DNA of 52,440 nucleotides from a virus (Duplodnaviria; Caudoviricetes): IMG/VR virus record IMGVR_UViG_3300032069_000016, positions 1 to 52,440 of that record; one strand, 5' to 3'. Shown piece by piece: positions 27,424 to 38,105 of this stretch (position 1 is its first letter; each line of letters starts with the position of its first letter). The notes under the pieces were generated by a model. It saw only the letters and a program-made list of their open reading frames with translations, ran no database searches and was not told where the DNA came from. The position numbers and the translations under genes were made by a program.

Positions 27424-28428
27424 TTAGAATTGACCATTTCTAATATCGGTTTCCATTTGCTTTACCGCTTGAAATATCCTGCCGTATTCCAGATTCTCTT
27501 TTGAAACCAGAACATCGGCTATCACGACATCAAAAGATTTGCCCCTATAAAAACTCAAACCATTCGGGTCAATTGACCTCTTGAAGACCGCTTGCCATAA
27601 CTTTTCCAGTTGGTCGTCTGTCATTGGAATTGACAGCGGGTCAAGGTCAATCAGGTCGGCATAGACATAGGCGTCAAACAAACCCTTCGCCTTAATAAAA
27701 CATTCGGGGAAGTAGCCGTAGCCATTGTCGCCCCACTGACCCGTCCAGCTATTTTTAGATTTTATTGTTTTTTCTTTCGGGTGAACTAAATTGCCCTGCT
27801 TGTCCTTATGGTCTCTCAACAGATAACCGCCAAACCATTCGGCGTGTCCCCAATCGGAATGGTCAATTATATTAGCCGTTCCGTCTGGCGAAAACATATC
27901 GTTCTTTCCGTTGAACCCAGAAACAAAGCCGTGATAATCCTCAATGATATTCGCCAGAAAATCTGGGTCATCATTAAAATCTATCTGGGCGTATTTCTCG
28001 GCTCTTGCTTCTATTGCCGCTTTATCATTCAGAGATTTATCCCTCATCGCGATTTCGGAACTATCCCCGTCAGGAACAGAACCTTCGCTTGCCAATCCTT
28101 TTGACAGCGGGATTGCCATTGCTTTCCAGATATACGTTCCGCCTTCGGGCATAAAACTCTGGGAGTAATTGAATCTGGCGCTGTAAAGCTCAATCTTATT
28201 CTTTTCAACCCTTTCCTGCGCTTCGCAATAATAGCAAGTCGCCTGCGCCGTGCAGGACATTGAGCCGTCCTGATTTCTCTGTGGCAGAACAAACCCGTTT
28301 TCAACATTAAACCCTTTCTCCCAATCAACGGGTCTGACAGGAACTGCGGCAAGGCGATAATGTTTCGCCTTGACCTGCGGCGGTGTCGGAATGCACCCTT
28401 TGCCGAATTGTCTGGCGTGGACAATCAT
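27424..28428 (-). CDS. Papain-like (C1) cysteine protease with a C-terminal helical domain
   Basis: NQDGSMSCTAQA, WGHA, KNSWTGQWGDNGYGY. Confidence 0.85.
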   Translation of the reverse strand: MIVHARQFGKGCIPTPPQVKAKHYRLAAVPVRPVDWEKGFNVENGFVLPQRNQDGSMSCTAQATCYYCEAQERVEKNKIELYSARFNYSQSFMPEGGTYIWKAMAIPLSKGLASEGSVPDGDSSEIAMRDKSLNDKAAIEARAEKYAQIDFNDDPDFLANIIEDYHGFVSGFNGKNDMFSPDGTANIIDHSDWGHAEWFGGYLLRDHKDKQGNLVHPKEKTIKSKNSWTGQWGDNGYGYFPECFIKAKGLFDAYVYADLIDLDPLSIPMTDDQLEKLWQAVFKRSIDPNGLSFYRGKSFDVVIADVLVSKENLEYGRIFQAVKQMETDIRNGQF

Positions 28429-28451
28429 TTGCTAAATGTTTTGGTAAATCG

Positions 28452-28676
28452 TCATCTAATCCAAGCTTTAGTTAATAGAAAAACCACCAGACTTATCAGC
28501 GTGGTGATGAGCACCCCGATAGCCCAATACAAAGCTCTCTTGATTCCGTTCACCTCGTCTTTCAAGCTCTGGAAATGATTAACAACAAAATCATCAAATG
28601 TTTTGCTGAAAGATACGATTTTATCATCAAGCTGGGTCAACCTTTTTTCAACGCTAATCCTAAAATTATCTGCCAT
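28452..28676 (-). CDS. Coiled-coil protein with C-terminal TM (XhlA-like lysis accessory)
   Basis: Domain architecture and position. Confidence 0.6.
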   Translation of the reverse strand: MADNFRISVEKRLTQLDDKIVSFSKTFDDFVVNHFQSLKDEVNGIKRALYWAIGVLITTLISLVVFLLTKAWIR

Positions 28677-28698
28677 ATTATTATCTTAATTATACCAA

Positions 28699-29406
28699 TT
28701 AAATCCCGTCTTTCTTCCGAAGCCAACCCAACACATATTTATAGGTATGCCTCATAAAATGACAAGGACTTCCTTTAGGCCAGTTTTGTTCAAAAGAAGT
28801 GAAACTATTCAAATCGGCTTGCGAACAGATTGAAATGTGGCCATATTGCCCCAAAGTCTTACTCCAAATGATAATATCGCCCTGTTGAGGAAAGTTGGTC
28901 GGGGTCTTTACAATCTTGGTAAATCCTTGTGGTAAATTAGTCCAATAATCAATTGCATTTCCAATGAATATCGGAAGCCCCAAAATATCTTGGAAGTATT
29001 GTTTCGCAATATCCACGCACTGCCCTGCGATACGACCAAGATTGCAGAATTCATTATTCCAAGCACTGAAAAAACTTAGGACACTGCCTATTCCCTCACT
29101 TGGGCCACTGCCACTTCCGCCATACGCAGCTGATTTCTTCCGCCCATAAATATACGCAATAACGCTGTCCGAAGGATTGGATTCATCAAACATATCTATC
29201 CTGCATCTATCCCCTATTTTGGCATCGCTTGGGTCAACCGCCGAACTCATCGGAATGTTCTTTAAAATAGATTGGGTGCTTCCGACAATGGTTACATCGG
29301 CGGTTGCGGTGTCAGGATAAACCTTCGCCAAAATGCCCTTCTTAAATGTCGCGCGGGCAGTGATGTACTGGGTTTGCTTAAAAACTGTGCGAAATGGGAT
29401 TTGCAT
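28699..29406 (-). CDS. Tail-tip protein: OB-fold-like N-terminus, GS linker, CHAP domain
   Basis: GQCVD, GNAIDYW, GDIIIW, YGHI, EQNW. Confidence 0.75.
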   Translation of the reverse strand: MQIPFRTVFKQTQYITARATFKKGILAKVYPDTATADVTIVGSTQSILKNIPMSSAVDPSDAKIGDRCRIDMFDESNPSDSVIAYIYGRKKSAAYGGSGSGPSEGIGSVLSFFSAWNNEFCNLGRIAGQCVDIAKQYFQDILGLPIFIGNAIDYWTNLPQGFTKIVKTPTNFPQQGDIIIWSKTLGQYGHISICSQADLNSFTSFEQNWPKGSPCHFMRHTYKYVLGWLRKKDGI

Positions 29407-32400
29407 CAGATAATTGTTCCAGTGCCAAGCTGGATACTATAATCGTTTGAATGTCCGTCAACATTTATTGTCTGATTGTAAACTCTCATATCCTTGTCTA
29501 TGCCCGATGAATTGAGGCCAACATCCTTTATGTGGACGACATCAAAAACTTCCGCCCCAAGATTTATTATCTGCTTTGGGTCAATCTGGGAATTAAACTT
29601 GTTAAAATCGTTAAGTTCGTTCTGGGCTCTGGTCTGGGCATCTTTCAAGGTCGTAATTTTGTAATCCACAATGATTGCCTCCCTTGTGAAAACATTCAAG
29701 CCGATAGATGGATTGTCTCTGGCTACCGCAGACACGCCATCGCCGACAACAGTTACTTGGTTAGCATACTCTTTGTCCGACTGGTCAGCGCTGTGCATCC
29801 AAAGCTGGTCTTGATATGAATAACTTGACGGGTCTGTTGATTTCAAAACCACCGCTTTGAATCTGCCGAACAAATCCGAGAAATGCCACGACCTCAAAAT
29901 CTCAATCAGATGTCCAATGGAGCTGTCAATATCGTCTCCTGGGCTCAAACCGAAAGCGGCAACTTGCGGAAAGAACATCGTGCTCTTAATTGATTTAACA
30001 ACAAGAGTTGTATTAGCAAGGGTTTTGAATCCTATCTTGCCGTTAGCAAACGCTTCGGGCAATCCGCCAAGTGTTTGGAGCAATATCTTCATCTGTTCGT
30101 CATCATACCACGCCAAGACGAGTTGATTGTCTATAAACAAGGATACCCAATTCTTGACATACAGAACCTTATACTTATGATACTGCGTCAAATCAATGTT
30201 CAAATTGCTGTAAATCGGAGCTGTCGGCGCCCCCGAATCAACTTCGTGAGCAGTGCTTATCAACATCGTATCGGGAGTGGAAATAACTTCCCCGTTCCTC
30301 CAGAACTGTGCGGAAATTACATCGGTGCCTTGCTTCTGAATCCTCGCAAGATACCTATGGTCATAATTCTGGTAAGCTGAAAAATTTTTGCTTCGGAAAA
30401 TGAAATCAAACCCATAATCCGAACTGGGGTCAGTCGGGACTAATTTTGCTTCAAACTCAACTTCGCCATCCGCTATTTCTGGCGTTGTTCTCCTGACCTC
30501 GTTATTGGCGGTCATTGTCAGTTTCCTCTTATCAAGCGTAAATGTCCCCGACCAAAGCGATGCATCAAAAAACCTGTCTTCAAAAAGATTCTCAAACTGA
30601 TACTTGAAAGTTCCTGCCTTAGTAGCAAGATTGGTCATCAACTCTTTGATATTAAGCGATTCGTCATAATTGCAAAACTTGAAATGCCTGAACTCTGGCC
30701 TCCACGCCGCCGCACCGAGGGCAAGTGTCTTTGGAGTCGGGCTTATTCCATTGGTAACGAAATCAAGGTCAACATCAAAGACCTTTTGATTCGCATAGGG
30801 TTCAAACATATCAAGATTATTCGCCGAATCTGGCGGAGAACCTACAGTTGCTTGGGGACGACCGAAAGTAAACCGATATTTGGTAAAAGCAAATTGCTGA
30901 ATCAGAAGCGGAAAAATGTATCCTTGAATGTTGCTCACTCCGCCTGGAAACGAAGTCGAGAAAGTCCACTCTGGAACTGGTGTTGTAATTACCCCAGCCA
31001 CGGATAACTCAATGATGCCAAACACATCAGTCGGATTGTCGTTTTCAACAAAGATTCTGGTTCTCAACCAGTTGTCCTCATCCTGCCAATAAGCATAAAC
31101 TATGGAATGCCTGTATTCTCCAGCTATACCGCCAAAAGGCACAGCGGGGACTTTGAAAAGCACGCAGTTCATCATTTCCGACCTCTTTATAGAAAAACCA
31201 GATAGGGTGATTAACGCCACATCGTTGCCTGGATTGCGGGCATTACTCCCAATCAACTCTGTTGTTTCTATCCAATGAAATGGCGGATAAGCTCCTGTAA
31301 CTTCTGATTCCTCCTCCCAGGTGCCGTTCATCTGATTCCAGTTGCTAAGCGTTGAACCATCAAAACTATCAGCATAATAATCAACTCCTTCAAAAGAATA
31401 CGGAAATCTCGTAACCGTTACTCTGGCTCTTTTACTGCAGTCATCTCTGGCCGTGATTATCAAATCATTCCTGTTAGACGAAACATTCTGCTGAATATCA
31501 TCTATCAAAAAAGTGCTTCTGGGCGCAACTTCGGGAATGCCATCGGCATTGTAATACCCCAGATAAATCATTACCTTCTTATTCTTGGCGATTGCCTGAT
31601 ACCCCGTTTCTGTCGGGCTTGGGCCGACCCATTTGCTATTCTGGTTTCCGATTTCCAAAGTCAATGCCGAGGGTGCGCCTGCGGATTCTTGGATATTCAG
31701 TTTAACAACATCCAAGCTGACATCGGCGACGATGTTCTTCTGGGGAAATCGCCATAAGGCCGCATTGCCCGAAAGGAAATAGTAATTGCCTTGCTTAACG
31801 AAACTACACGCTGTTCTAATGATTCCAGCAGATATGTTTATATTCAAAACATCAACAAATTCAAGCCCATAAGCATTATCAGCGGCTGGCTTTGCGATGG
31901 CGGTCGGGTAGCTGAAGTTCACGAAGTCAACGGACTTCATAAGAAAGTAATTGGTTTTCTGAGCTACGGCTTTGCTTTCGGACATTGTATCCACCGTTAG
32001 CCCCTGAAAGACCAGCCATAGGTTTTCTCCGTCAAAATTGAAAGTCGGGTAAATATAACTATTCCGATTCGTCGTTGAGGGCGATAATGAAGCCAAAACT
32101 TCTCTGGCTGGTTGCCAAATATCTTTCGCTATATCCCCATTTAATTTTGTCAGCTGGGTCTGATAAAGAGAGAAGTTATAATTCGTTGATTCAAGAAGCT
32201 TATGGTAGCCAGAAAAGATAATATCGTAAGCTCCGTCGTGAGTGAAAACATCTAAGCTGTGGAGCAACCACTCCGAAGTATCAACAAATTTCGGCGACCA
32301 CAAGGTTTCTCCGCTATCCCAGCTTGTTCCGTTGAAATACTTGTAAGCAATAGATTCAATCTGGTCGCTACTGCCTCCGACTTTTGTCCAAAAGACCGCT

Positions 32401-33023
32401 CCGTTTACCGTCCCATCGGCTTGAAGCTGAGGCTTGCCTGCGGCAACCGATATGTTGCCATCGGCACTCCCCGAAGTAACCCCCGTATCCCAAAGGAGCG
32501 TTCCCGAACTGAATGTTGCCCCGCTGTCGGTAGAACGGCTGTACCATATTTCAAAGTGGGAAGTTCCGCCGTTTATCTTGAGCCAGTAAATATCTATGAC
32601 ATACTGCCCGTTAATCCAATCGGAGACTTCTATCGTTGCCTGACCTTTGAAAATGGTATCAAGCGTAACGGCTGGCGGATTCTCCCATTGAGCCGGGATA
32701 CTTCCATCCGTTATCTTCCAGAAACCCAATGCTGTGGCGACGTGCATCGGAGCCAACCGACCAGCTGCCAGAATCTTGCCATCCGGGGCAATAACTGCCT
32801 TACCATACGACTCTTTTGAGTAATCATTTTGTAAAATAAGTTCTCGGTCATAAATTATTGAATCGTCAATAATCTTGACCTTCATATACGGCCTGACGGC
32901 ATATTGTTGCTGGGCGGCCAAAAGCGGCTGGGTTAGCCACTTGTAACTTGAAACATCAAGCGTAATCCCAAGACCACCTTCAATTTTTATTTCCGCATCC
33001 GTTGTGAATGTTAAATCGGTCAT
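29406..33023 (-). CDS. Tail hub/tip protein with propeller- and lectin-like inserts
   Basis: 1205 aa; SRSTDSGATFS Asp-box; hub-like C-terminus (YANQVTVVG). Confidence 0.75.
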   Translation of the reverse strand: MTDLTFTTDAEIKIEGGLGITLDVSSYKWLTQPLLAAQQQYAVRPYMKVKIIDDSIIYDRELILQNDYSKESYGKAVIAPDGKILAAGRLAPMHVATALGFWKITDGSIPAQWENPPAVTLDTIFKGQATIEVSDWINGQYVIDIYWLKINGGTSHFEIWYSRSTDSGATFSSGTLLWDTGVTSGSADGNISVAAGKPQLQADGTVNGAVFWTKVGGSSDQIESIAYKYFNGTSWDSGETLWSPKFVDTSEWLLHSLDVFTHDGAYDIIFSGYHKLLESTNYNFSLYQTQLTKLNGDIAKDIWQPAREVLASLSPSTTNRNSYIYPTFNFDGENLWLVFQGLTVDTMSESKAVAQKTNYFLMKSVDFVNFSYPTAIAKPAADNAYGLEFVDVLNINISAGIIRTACSFVKQGNYYFLSGNAALWRFPQKNIVADVSLDVVKLNIQESAGAPSALTLEIGNQNSKWVGPSPTETGYQAIAKNKKVMIYLGYYNADGIPEVAPRSTFLIDDIQQNVSSNRNDLIITARDDCSKRARVTVTRFPYSFEGVDYYADSFDGSTLSNWNQMNGTWEEESEVTGAYPPFHWIETTELIGSNARNPGNDVALITLSGFSIKRSEMMNCVLFKVPAVPFGGIAGEYRHSIVYAYWQDEDNWLRTRIFVENDNPTDVFGIIELSVAGVITTPVPEWTFSTSFPGGVSNIQGYIFPLLIQQFAFTKYRFTFGRPQATVGSPPDSANNLDMFEPYANQKVFDVDLDFVTNGISPTPKTLALGAAAWRPEFRHFKFCNYDESLNIKELMTNLATKAGTFKYQFENLFEDRFFDASLWSGTFTLDKRKLTMTANNEVRRTTPEIADGEVEFEAKLVPTDPSSDYGFDFIFRSKNFSAYQNYDHRYLARIQKQGTDVISAQFWRNGEVISTPDTMLISTAHEVDSGAPTAPIYSNLNIDLTQYHKYKVLYVKNWVSLFIDNQLVLAWYDDEQMKILLQTLGGLPEAFANGKIGFKTLANTTLVVKSIKSTMFFPQVAAFGLSPGDDIDSSIGHLIEILRSWHFSDLFGRFKAVVLKSTDPSSYSYQDQLWMHSADQSDKEYANQVTVVGDGVSAVARDNPSIGLNVFTREAIIVDYKITTLKDAQTRAQNELNDFNKFNSQIDPKQIINLGAEVFDVVHIKDVGLNSSGIDKDMRVYNQTINVDGHSNDYSIQLGTGTII

Positions 33024-35092
33024 ATTACAAATTCATATTCAAATACTAAAGCTACTGCGTAATTTGCGGCCGCTACCGCAGGCGGAAGCTCGGCATAGGT
33101 CTGGAATCTCAAAAACCCTAACAGCGAACTGCTTGCTCTGATAATCGGACTACCGCTTCCGTTGCTTCCTCTTTCTGGAATCAAGACCTGTGAACCCCCT
33201 CCGACTGGTATATCCGTTCCAGCGTAATTGGTCAGATTGCCTGGCTGGGCAGTTCCCTCTCCATAACCAAGCTCCTGAACCCGTATCCACTTTCCACTTA
33301 CAGGCGGGGTATTCTCCGTCAAATGAATTTCATCATCATAAGTCGTCAACTTGCAGTTGAATACCGCAACCGCCCCAACAACCAAGCTCCAATTATTGTA
33401 TATCCTGAATCTAATTATATCAGAGAGTTCCCCTTGCAGAACAGGCAGGACAACGCCATCTTTGGTCTGGGGATAGGTAATTGAAGTCAATTCAACGGAC
33501 GGATTGCTGTCGTCTCTAAAAGTAATATACGGGCCTACTGGCTGAACAATTATTCCGTCAGTTGTGAAGTTTTTATCTGTCAGAACGGCTACAATCCCGT
33601 CTGTGGTAAAAGTTTTTCCACCTACAACGAAAATAATTCCATCAGTTGTAAATGAAAAATCTACGAAAGGCACAACTATGATACCATCAGAACTGAATAA
33701 TTTGTCGCCAATTTGTAATACTCTTCCGTCAGTTGTGAACTCTTTATCGGTTGCTACCAGTATTAAACCATCACTCGTAAATGACTTTTCATTTATGGTA
33801 AGGATTATGCCATCATTCGTAAATTGTTTATCAAAGACCATTACAACTATTCCATCCGTGGTGAATTGCTTGTCATTGTCAAGGACTTTTATTATTCCGT
33901 CAGTATCAAAAGTTTTCTCCACGACTATCAAGACAATTCCATCTGTCGTAAACTCCTTATCGGAAATTACTAAAATTATCCCATCAGAAGTAAATCCTTT
34001 GTCAACCACAACAAGAATTATTCCGTCAGTTCCAAACCCCTTATCACTGAAAGCTTTGACTATCCCGTCATTAGTAAATCCTTTATCAATAACGATTTTA
34101 ACAATGCCATCGGTTGCAAATCCTTTGTCTGCGGTTGCCTTAACTATCCCGTCAGAGGTAAATGCTTTGTTCGTTGAAAGCAGAATATCAGAGGTAATCG
34201 TTTTAACTTGAACCTCTTTAACTATTCCATCGGTAGTAAATCCTTTATCATTCGTGCCGAATATGATTCCATCGTTATCCCACAACTCGCTGGGAACAAT
34301 CTTAACCCTACCATCCGAAGTTAAGGTCTTATCGGAGGACGCTTTCATCTTCCCGTCGGTAGTGAAGGTCTTATCTATGTTCTTTGTCTTTACGATTCCA
34401 TCAGAAGTAAATGTTTTATTCGTTGCCGCCGCCACACTATCATCAATAAATGTCGTTGAACCATTTGTCCCATCGCAGTGCATCAAAAGTTTCGTATACG
34501 AATCGGTGGTATATGCGGAAGTCGGCGGAGTAAAACCAGAAGTCCAGCGAACAATTCCTTTTGATACTCTTATTTCATCAATGTAACCAATATAAGAATT
34601 ATCAGTACTATCGGGTTCGCCACCGATATTTAAAACTCCAGTTGCATTATTCCAATAACTTCCTGTTCCCGATGCCTTTTCCACACCACCTACATAGATT
34701 TTGGTCGTGCCAGTAGATTGAGTTCTGGTAACTGCAACGTGTTGCCAAACATCCGCAGTTAATTTGAAAGTACCAGTTTGAAGTTCCGATACACCAGTCT
34801 TACCGACAGCTAAGGTTCTGTCTGAATAAAGATAGATAAACCAGTTTCCATCCGCATCAACCTGAATCTGACCTATTAGTTGCGCAGGATGAGTACCTCC
34901 AGTTGGGTTCGTCGCTGGCATGACCCAAAAGTCAACCGTATAATCATCAGCTGTGGCATCCCAGTCAGTATCATCGGGAGTACTTACTCGTGTATTATTT
35001 GTACCGTTAAAAATACCAGAAGCAGTCCCAAATTCTTTTTGGGCTGTGCTTAGTTGAGCATTGCCGTGGGCGGTTAAGATTTTCTGTGCCAT
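33020..35092 (-). CDS. LamG/concanavalin-like tail fibre protein with ~14-aa DKxFTTDGI repeats
   Basis: YTVDFW, WQHVAVTR, GYIDEIRVSKG; about 20 repeats. Confidence 0.8.
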   Translation of the reverse strand: MAQKILTAHGNAQLSTAQKEFGTASGIFNGTNNTRVSTPDDTDWDATADDYTVDFWVMPATNPTGGTHPAQLIGQIQVDADGNWFIYLYSDRTLAVGKTGVSELQTGTFKLTADVWQHVAVTRTQSTGTTKIYVGGVEKASGTGSYWNNATGVLNIGGEPDSTDNSYIGYIDEIRVSKGIVRWTSGFTPPTSAYTTDSYTKLLMHCDGTNGSTTFIDDSVAAATNKTFTSDGIVKTKNIDKTFTTDGKMKASSDKTLTSDGRVKIVPSELWDNDGIIFGTNDKGFTTDGIVKEVQVKTITSDILLSTNKAFTSDGIVKATADKGFATDGIVKIVIDKGFTNDGIVKAFSDKGFGTDGIILVVVDKGFTSDGIILVISDKEFTTDGIVLIVVEKTFDTDGIIKVLDNDKQFTTDGIVVMVFDKQFTNDGIILTINEKSFTSDGLILVATDKEFTTDGRVLQIGDKLFSSDGIIVVPFVDFSFTTDGIIFVVGGKTFTTDGIVAVLTDKNFTTDGIIVQPVGPYITFRDDSNPSVELTSITYPQTKDGVVLPVLQGELSDIIRFRIYNNWSLVVGAVAVFNCKLTTYDDEIHLTENTPPVSGKWIRVQELGYGEGTAQPGNLTNYAGTDIPVGGGSQVLIPERGSNGSGSPIIRASSSLLGFLRFQTYAELPPAVAAANYAVALVFEYEFVI

Positions 35093-35103
35093 ATTATCTA
35101 AAC

Positions 35104-36897
35104 TTAAGTTTCGTCAAACTGAAAATAAAATACTTCTGCCGACTGGGCATTTGGTATTGCGTTAAAAGAAACATTCGCCTGTAAAACAACCCAGTCGGAT
35201 ATTTTGCCAGTTGACGGATTGCTTATTGAACCCGGGACAACAAGGGGCGACCCTATTACAAAGTCATCAATATCAACTGGAGCACCAGCAAGAGCAGGAT
35301 AGGAGCTTGTCGTGAGTTCTCTGTTGTCAGTCGCCTGCGTATAGGCACTGGCGGTATTTCCTTTTACCGAAACTCCATTGCCGAAAACACCGCCATCGGT
35401 ATAAAACTTGATATTGTTTATTGTCCCTATCGGACTTGTTAGAGCATCCAAATAAAATGATTTCCAATAGCTAAAATCCGTTCCCGATGTCGGGATACCA
35501 ACCCTATTCGTTCCGTTCACAACATCATCAGAACTGAATCTTAAATTAGAAATTATCGTATTGTCAGGAATTGCTCCCGTTGATTGCCTAACCCTTATGA
35601 CCGCATTGGTAGTAACGATTCCGTCCGAAGCAAAGTTTTTATCTTGAATAATCTTAACTATGCCATCGGTATCAAATAGTTCGCTGGGGACTATTTTTAC
35701 TCGGCCATCGGAAGTAATCGTTTTGTCAGTAATTACTTTGACAATTCCATTGGAAGTAAAGGTTTTATCTACAACTATTTTGACGATTCCATCAGAAGTG
35801 AAGGTTTTGTCAACGGCAACGGGTGGAGCACTATGCACCACTACTAATTTAGGGTCGGAAGATGTCCCATCAGTTTCAGAAGCCAATACGACAAGACCAA
35901 TTACTTGTCTGTCTGAACCGGTTATACCCGTTGAAGGAACAGGACTATCAGCCAAGTCAAATTCAGATTTAGTGCCAAAACGTGTCATTCCTGTTTTGGA
36001 GATATTGCCCAATCCAGTTGGATTAAGTGTAAAATCTGTATATGTTGAACCACCCACATCTATTCCTGATATTGGGATAGAAGTTGCTTGCTTTGTAACT
36101 AAACTCCTTGTTCTGTAATAATCACCATTTACGATTTCAGTATCACTGGCAGGGTCTGACATAGTCAGGGCAACACTATCGGCAATTTCTGTAATTTTAG
36201 ACGTTCCAATAAATGAAAAGGTAGCAGAAATAATATCGTTTGCGTCTGGGATGGGTGAAGTATCAAACAAGAAAAAAGTTCTGTAATTATCTCCAAATCT
36301 TTCTCCTTGGTTGGCACCCATAAAGATATCAACAGCTTGTATAGATGACGTAGAGCTTGAAGCACCAGCACCAGTCGTCTGTGCTCTTGCATTAGCCCAA
36401 CCAGTCGTCCAAAGCCACATTGTTACTTGACCATCCATTGATGGAAAAAAAGTATCAGTCGTATTACCAATTCTATCCTTAATGATTTGGCTATTTTCTT
36501 TTCCAACACATCCGATAGTATGGGCTAACGTTTGCCAAATTGCCTTAATAGGATTTTCAATAAAATTCGGAACTCTATTTTCATTTCCTCTTTTATCTAA
36601 CTCAATTCTAAAAGTGCCATCTTGAATGAGTATGGGTGGATTAAATATCCTAAATCTTTCTATCTCAACTGTGCCATCTCCAAATCCTAATTGTTTACCA
36701 GCTTTCCAAGCACGAGCCATTATCTCTACACCGTGTTGTCCGTTTATCTCTATCTTGTTAAGGGACTGAATTTCTACTTTTACACCATAAGTCGGGTCGG
36801 TATATTCTCCGACAAAATTAAGTTTGGCGATTTCCTCGCTTTTTATTCGGGATTGCTCTTGAGATGTTTTATTTCCCAGAAGGTCTTTAATCTTCAT
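35104..36897 (-). CDS. Virion protein with DKTFTSDG repeats and a C-terminal domain paralogous to the intron-split gene
   Basis: Repeats; VPGSISNPSTGKISD ... FQFDET. Confidence 0.75.
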   Translation of the reverse strand: MKIKDLLGNKTSQEQSRIKSEEIAKLNFVGEYTDPTYGVKVEIQSLNKIEINGQHGVEIMARAWKAGKQLGFGDGTVEIERFRIFNPPILIQDGTFRIELDKRGNENRVPNFIENPIKAIWQTLAHTIGCVGKENSQIIKDRIGNTTDTFFPSMDGQVTMWLWTTGWANARAQTTGAGASSSTSSIQAVDIFMGANQGERFGDNYRTFFLFDTSPIPDANDIISATFSFIGTSKITEIADSVALTMSDPASDTEIVNGDYYRTRSLVTKQATSIPISGIDVGGSTYTDFTLNPTGLGNISKTGMTRFGTKSEFDLADSPVPSTGITGSDRQVIGLVVLASETDGTSSDPKLVVVHSAPPVAVDKTFTSDGIVKIVVDKTFTSNGIVKVITDKTITSDGRVKIVPSELFDTDGIVKIIQDKNFASDGIVTTNAVIRVRQSTGAIPDNTIISNLRFSSDDVVNGTNRVGIPTSGTDFSYWKSFYLDALTSPIGTINNIKFYTDGGVFGNGVSVKGNTASAYTQATDNRELTTSSYPALAGAPVDIDDFVIGSPLVVPGSISNPSTGKISDWVVLQANVSFNAIPNAQSAEVFYFQFDET

Positions 36898-37253
36898 AAG
36901 GACTCCTGTGGCAAAATGACTATATCTTTTCTCTCGTCATCCAACTCTACGAATCCATCTTCGTGGACATAATTTACCACTGACTTATTACTTCCATCAC
37001 CATCGGTATATTGGTAGCCAACAAGATAATGGATATCTCTGGGCTGACCGAATAAATCAATGGTAACTCTCCTGCGGAATATAAGTCGTTGTCCTTTGTG
37101 CAAAAACAAAACATAGACCCTCCTTTCGCCGTCAAATAATTCAAAACTGGACAGCTTGGAGCGGTCTATGTCTTGATAATGATTCTCCGTTCCGTCCTCG
37201 TTGACCTGTTTGAGAAAAGTTCCGTCTGAATAATTTGCTTTCCATACAAACAT
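36894..37253 (-). CDS. Hypothetical tail-region protein
   Basis: Start MFVWKANYSDG preferred; the upstream extension lies in hairpins. Confidence 0.7.
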   Translation of the reverse strand: MFVWKANYSDGTFLKQVNEDGTENHYQDIDRSKLSSFELFDGERRVYVLFLHKGQRLIFRRRVTIDLFGQPRDIHYLVGYQYTDGDGSNKSVVNYVHEDGFVELDDERKDIVILPQESL

Positions 37254-37376
37254 ATAAGTGTAGCAAGCAGAGGGTATTGGATTACTATTCTGCTCGCTGA
37301 TAGTCGGAGGGCTCATAACCTCCTGACATCTTACTTATACTGCATACTTATTGCCGAGCACTCGTCTCGTCAAATC

Positions 37377-37390
37377 CTATGTTTCATCGT
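37377..37390 (-). CDS. Exon 2 (14 nt) of a virion protein
   Basis: T+AC GAT GAA ACA TAG gives YDET*, matching the paralog ending FDET*. Confidence 0.8.
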
Positions 37391-37570
37391 CAATGTGTTG
37401 CCTCTCGTTGCCGAGAGTATCGGACTTTACCTTTATCCACTTGGGATACTCCGTGTCAAGTCTCTACGCCTTCTCCTTTCGGAGCTTGGTTCGGTATTGC
37501 CCCAGAGGGGTTTCACCGAGTTTACGGAGTTACACAACGGGGATTGCTCCCCAAAGGGGCTGATAAAACA
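37391..37570 (-). mobile_element. Group I intron, 180 nt, no ORF
   Basis: P3 ACTCCGT/ACGGAGT; P4 CTCGGT/ACCGAA; GTAGAGACTT and AAAGTCC (P7); GNRA-capped P2, P6 and P9; exon ends in U, intron ends in G. Confidence 0.88.
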
Positions 37571-38060
37571 ACCTGAAAGTCAGAGTTTCCGCACCTAATG
37601 CTCCTGCGACTGCCGCATCACTGACTACCGCCTGAAGTTCCACATAGTCCGAAATCTTACCCGTGCTTGGATTCGTAATTGAACCCGGAACGCTTAATGG
37701 ACTGGCCGATGTATAACTTTCCACATTCGTTGCACCCGTCAGTTCGTCTCCAGTTACTCCTTCTGTTCCCGTTGCCTGGACATAAGTAGCAACCGTTTTG
37801 CCTTTCAGAATTACCCCCGTCCAACCAATCGTCCCATCAGAAAAGAATCTGATGTTATTGATTGTTCCCGACGGACTTGTATCGGCATTCAGATATACGG
37901 TTTTCCAAAAGCCGTAGTTCGTCCCTGCTGGCGCTGGCTTGACTAACGGATTCGTAGTTCCTGGATTTGCCGTATCATCAGTATTGTGCCTCAAATTAGT
38001 AATCGTAGTTACATCTGGGGTTGTGCCTGTGCACTGCTTAATTGACACCGTTGCTGGCAT
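37571..38060 (-). CDS. Exon 1 of a 167-aa virion protein
   Basis: Paralogous to the C-terminus of 35104..36897 up to AETLTFR. Confidence 0.85.
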
Positions 38061-38105
38061 TTTGATTGTCCTTTCTAATTAAATTATTTTTGGTGAAATC
38101 CGACC

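Noticed and set aside
33564-36118. Long plus-strand ORFs (33564..34211, 34254..34586, 35660..36118, and others genome-wide)
   Set aside because: Antisense shadows of repetitive or codon-biased minus-strand genes; no independent motifs
29406-36897. Diversity-generating retroelement acting on tail genes
   Set aside because: No reverse transcriptase and no TR/VR pair with adenine-specific mismatches seen
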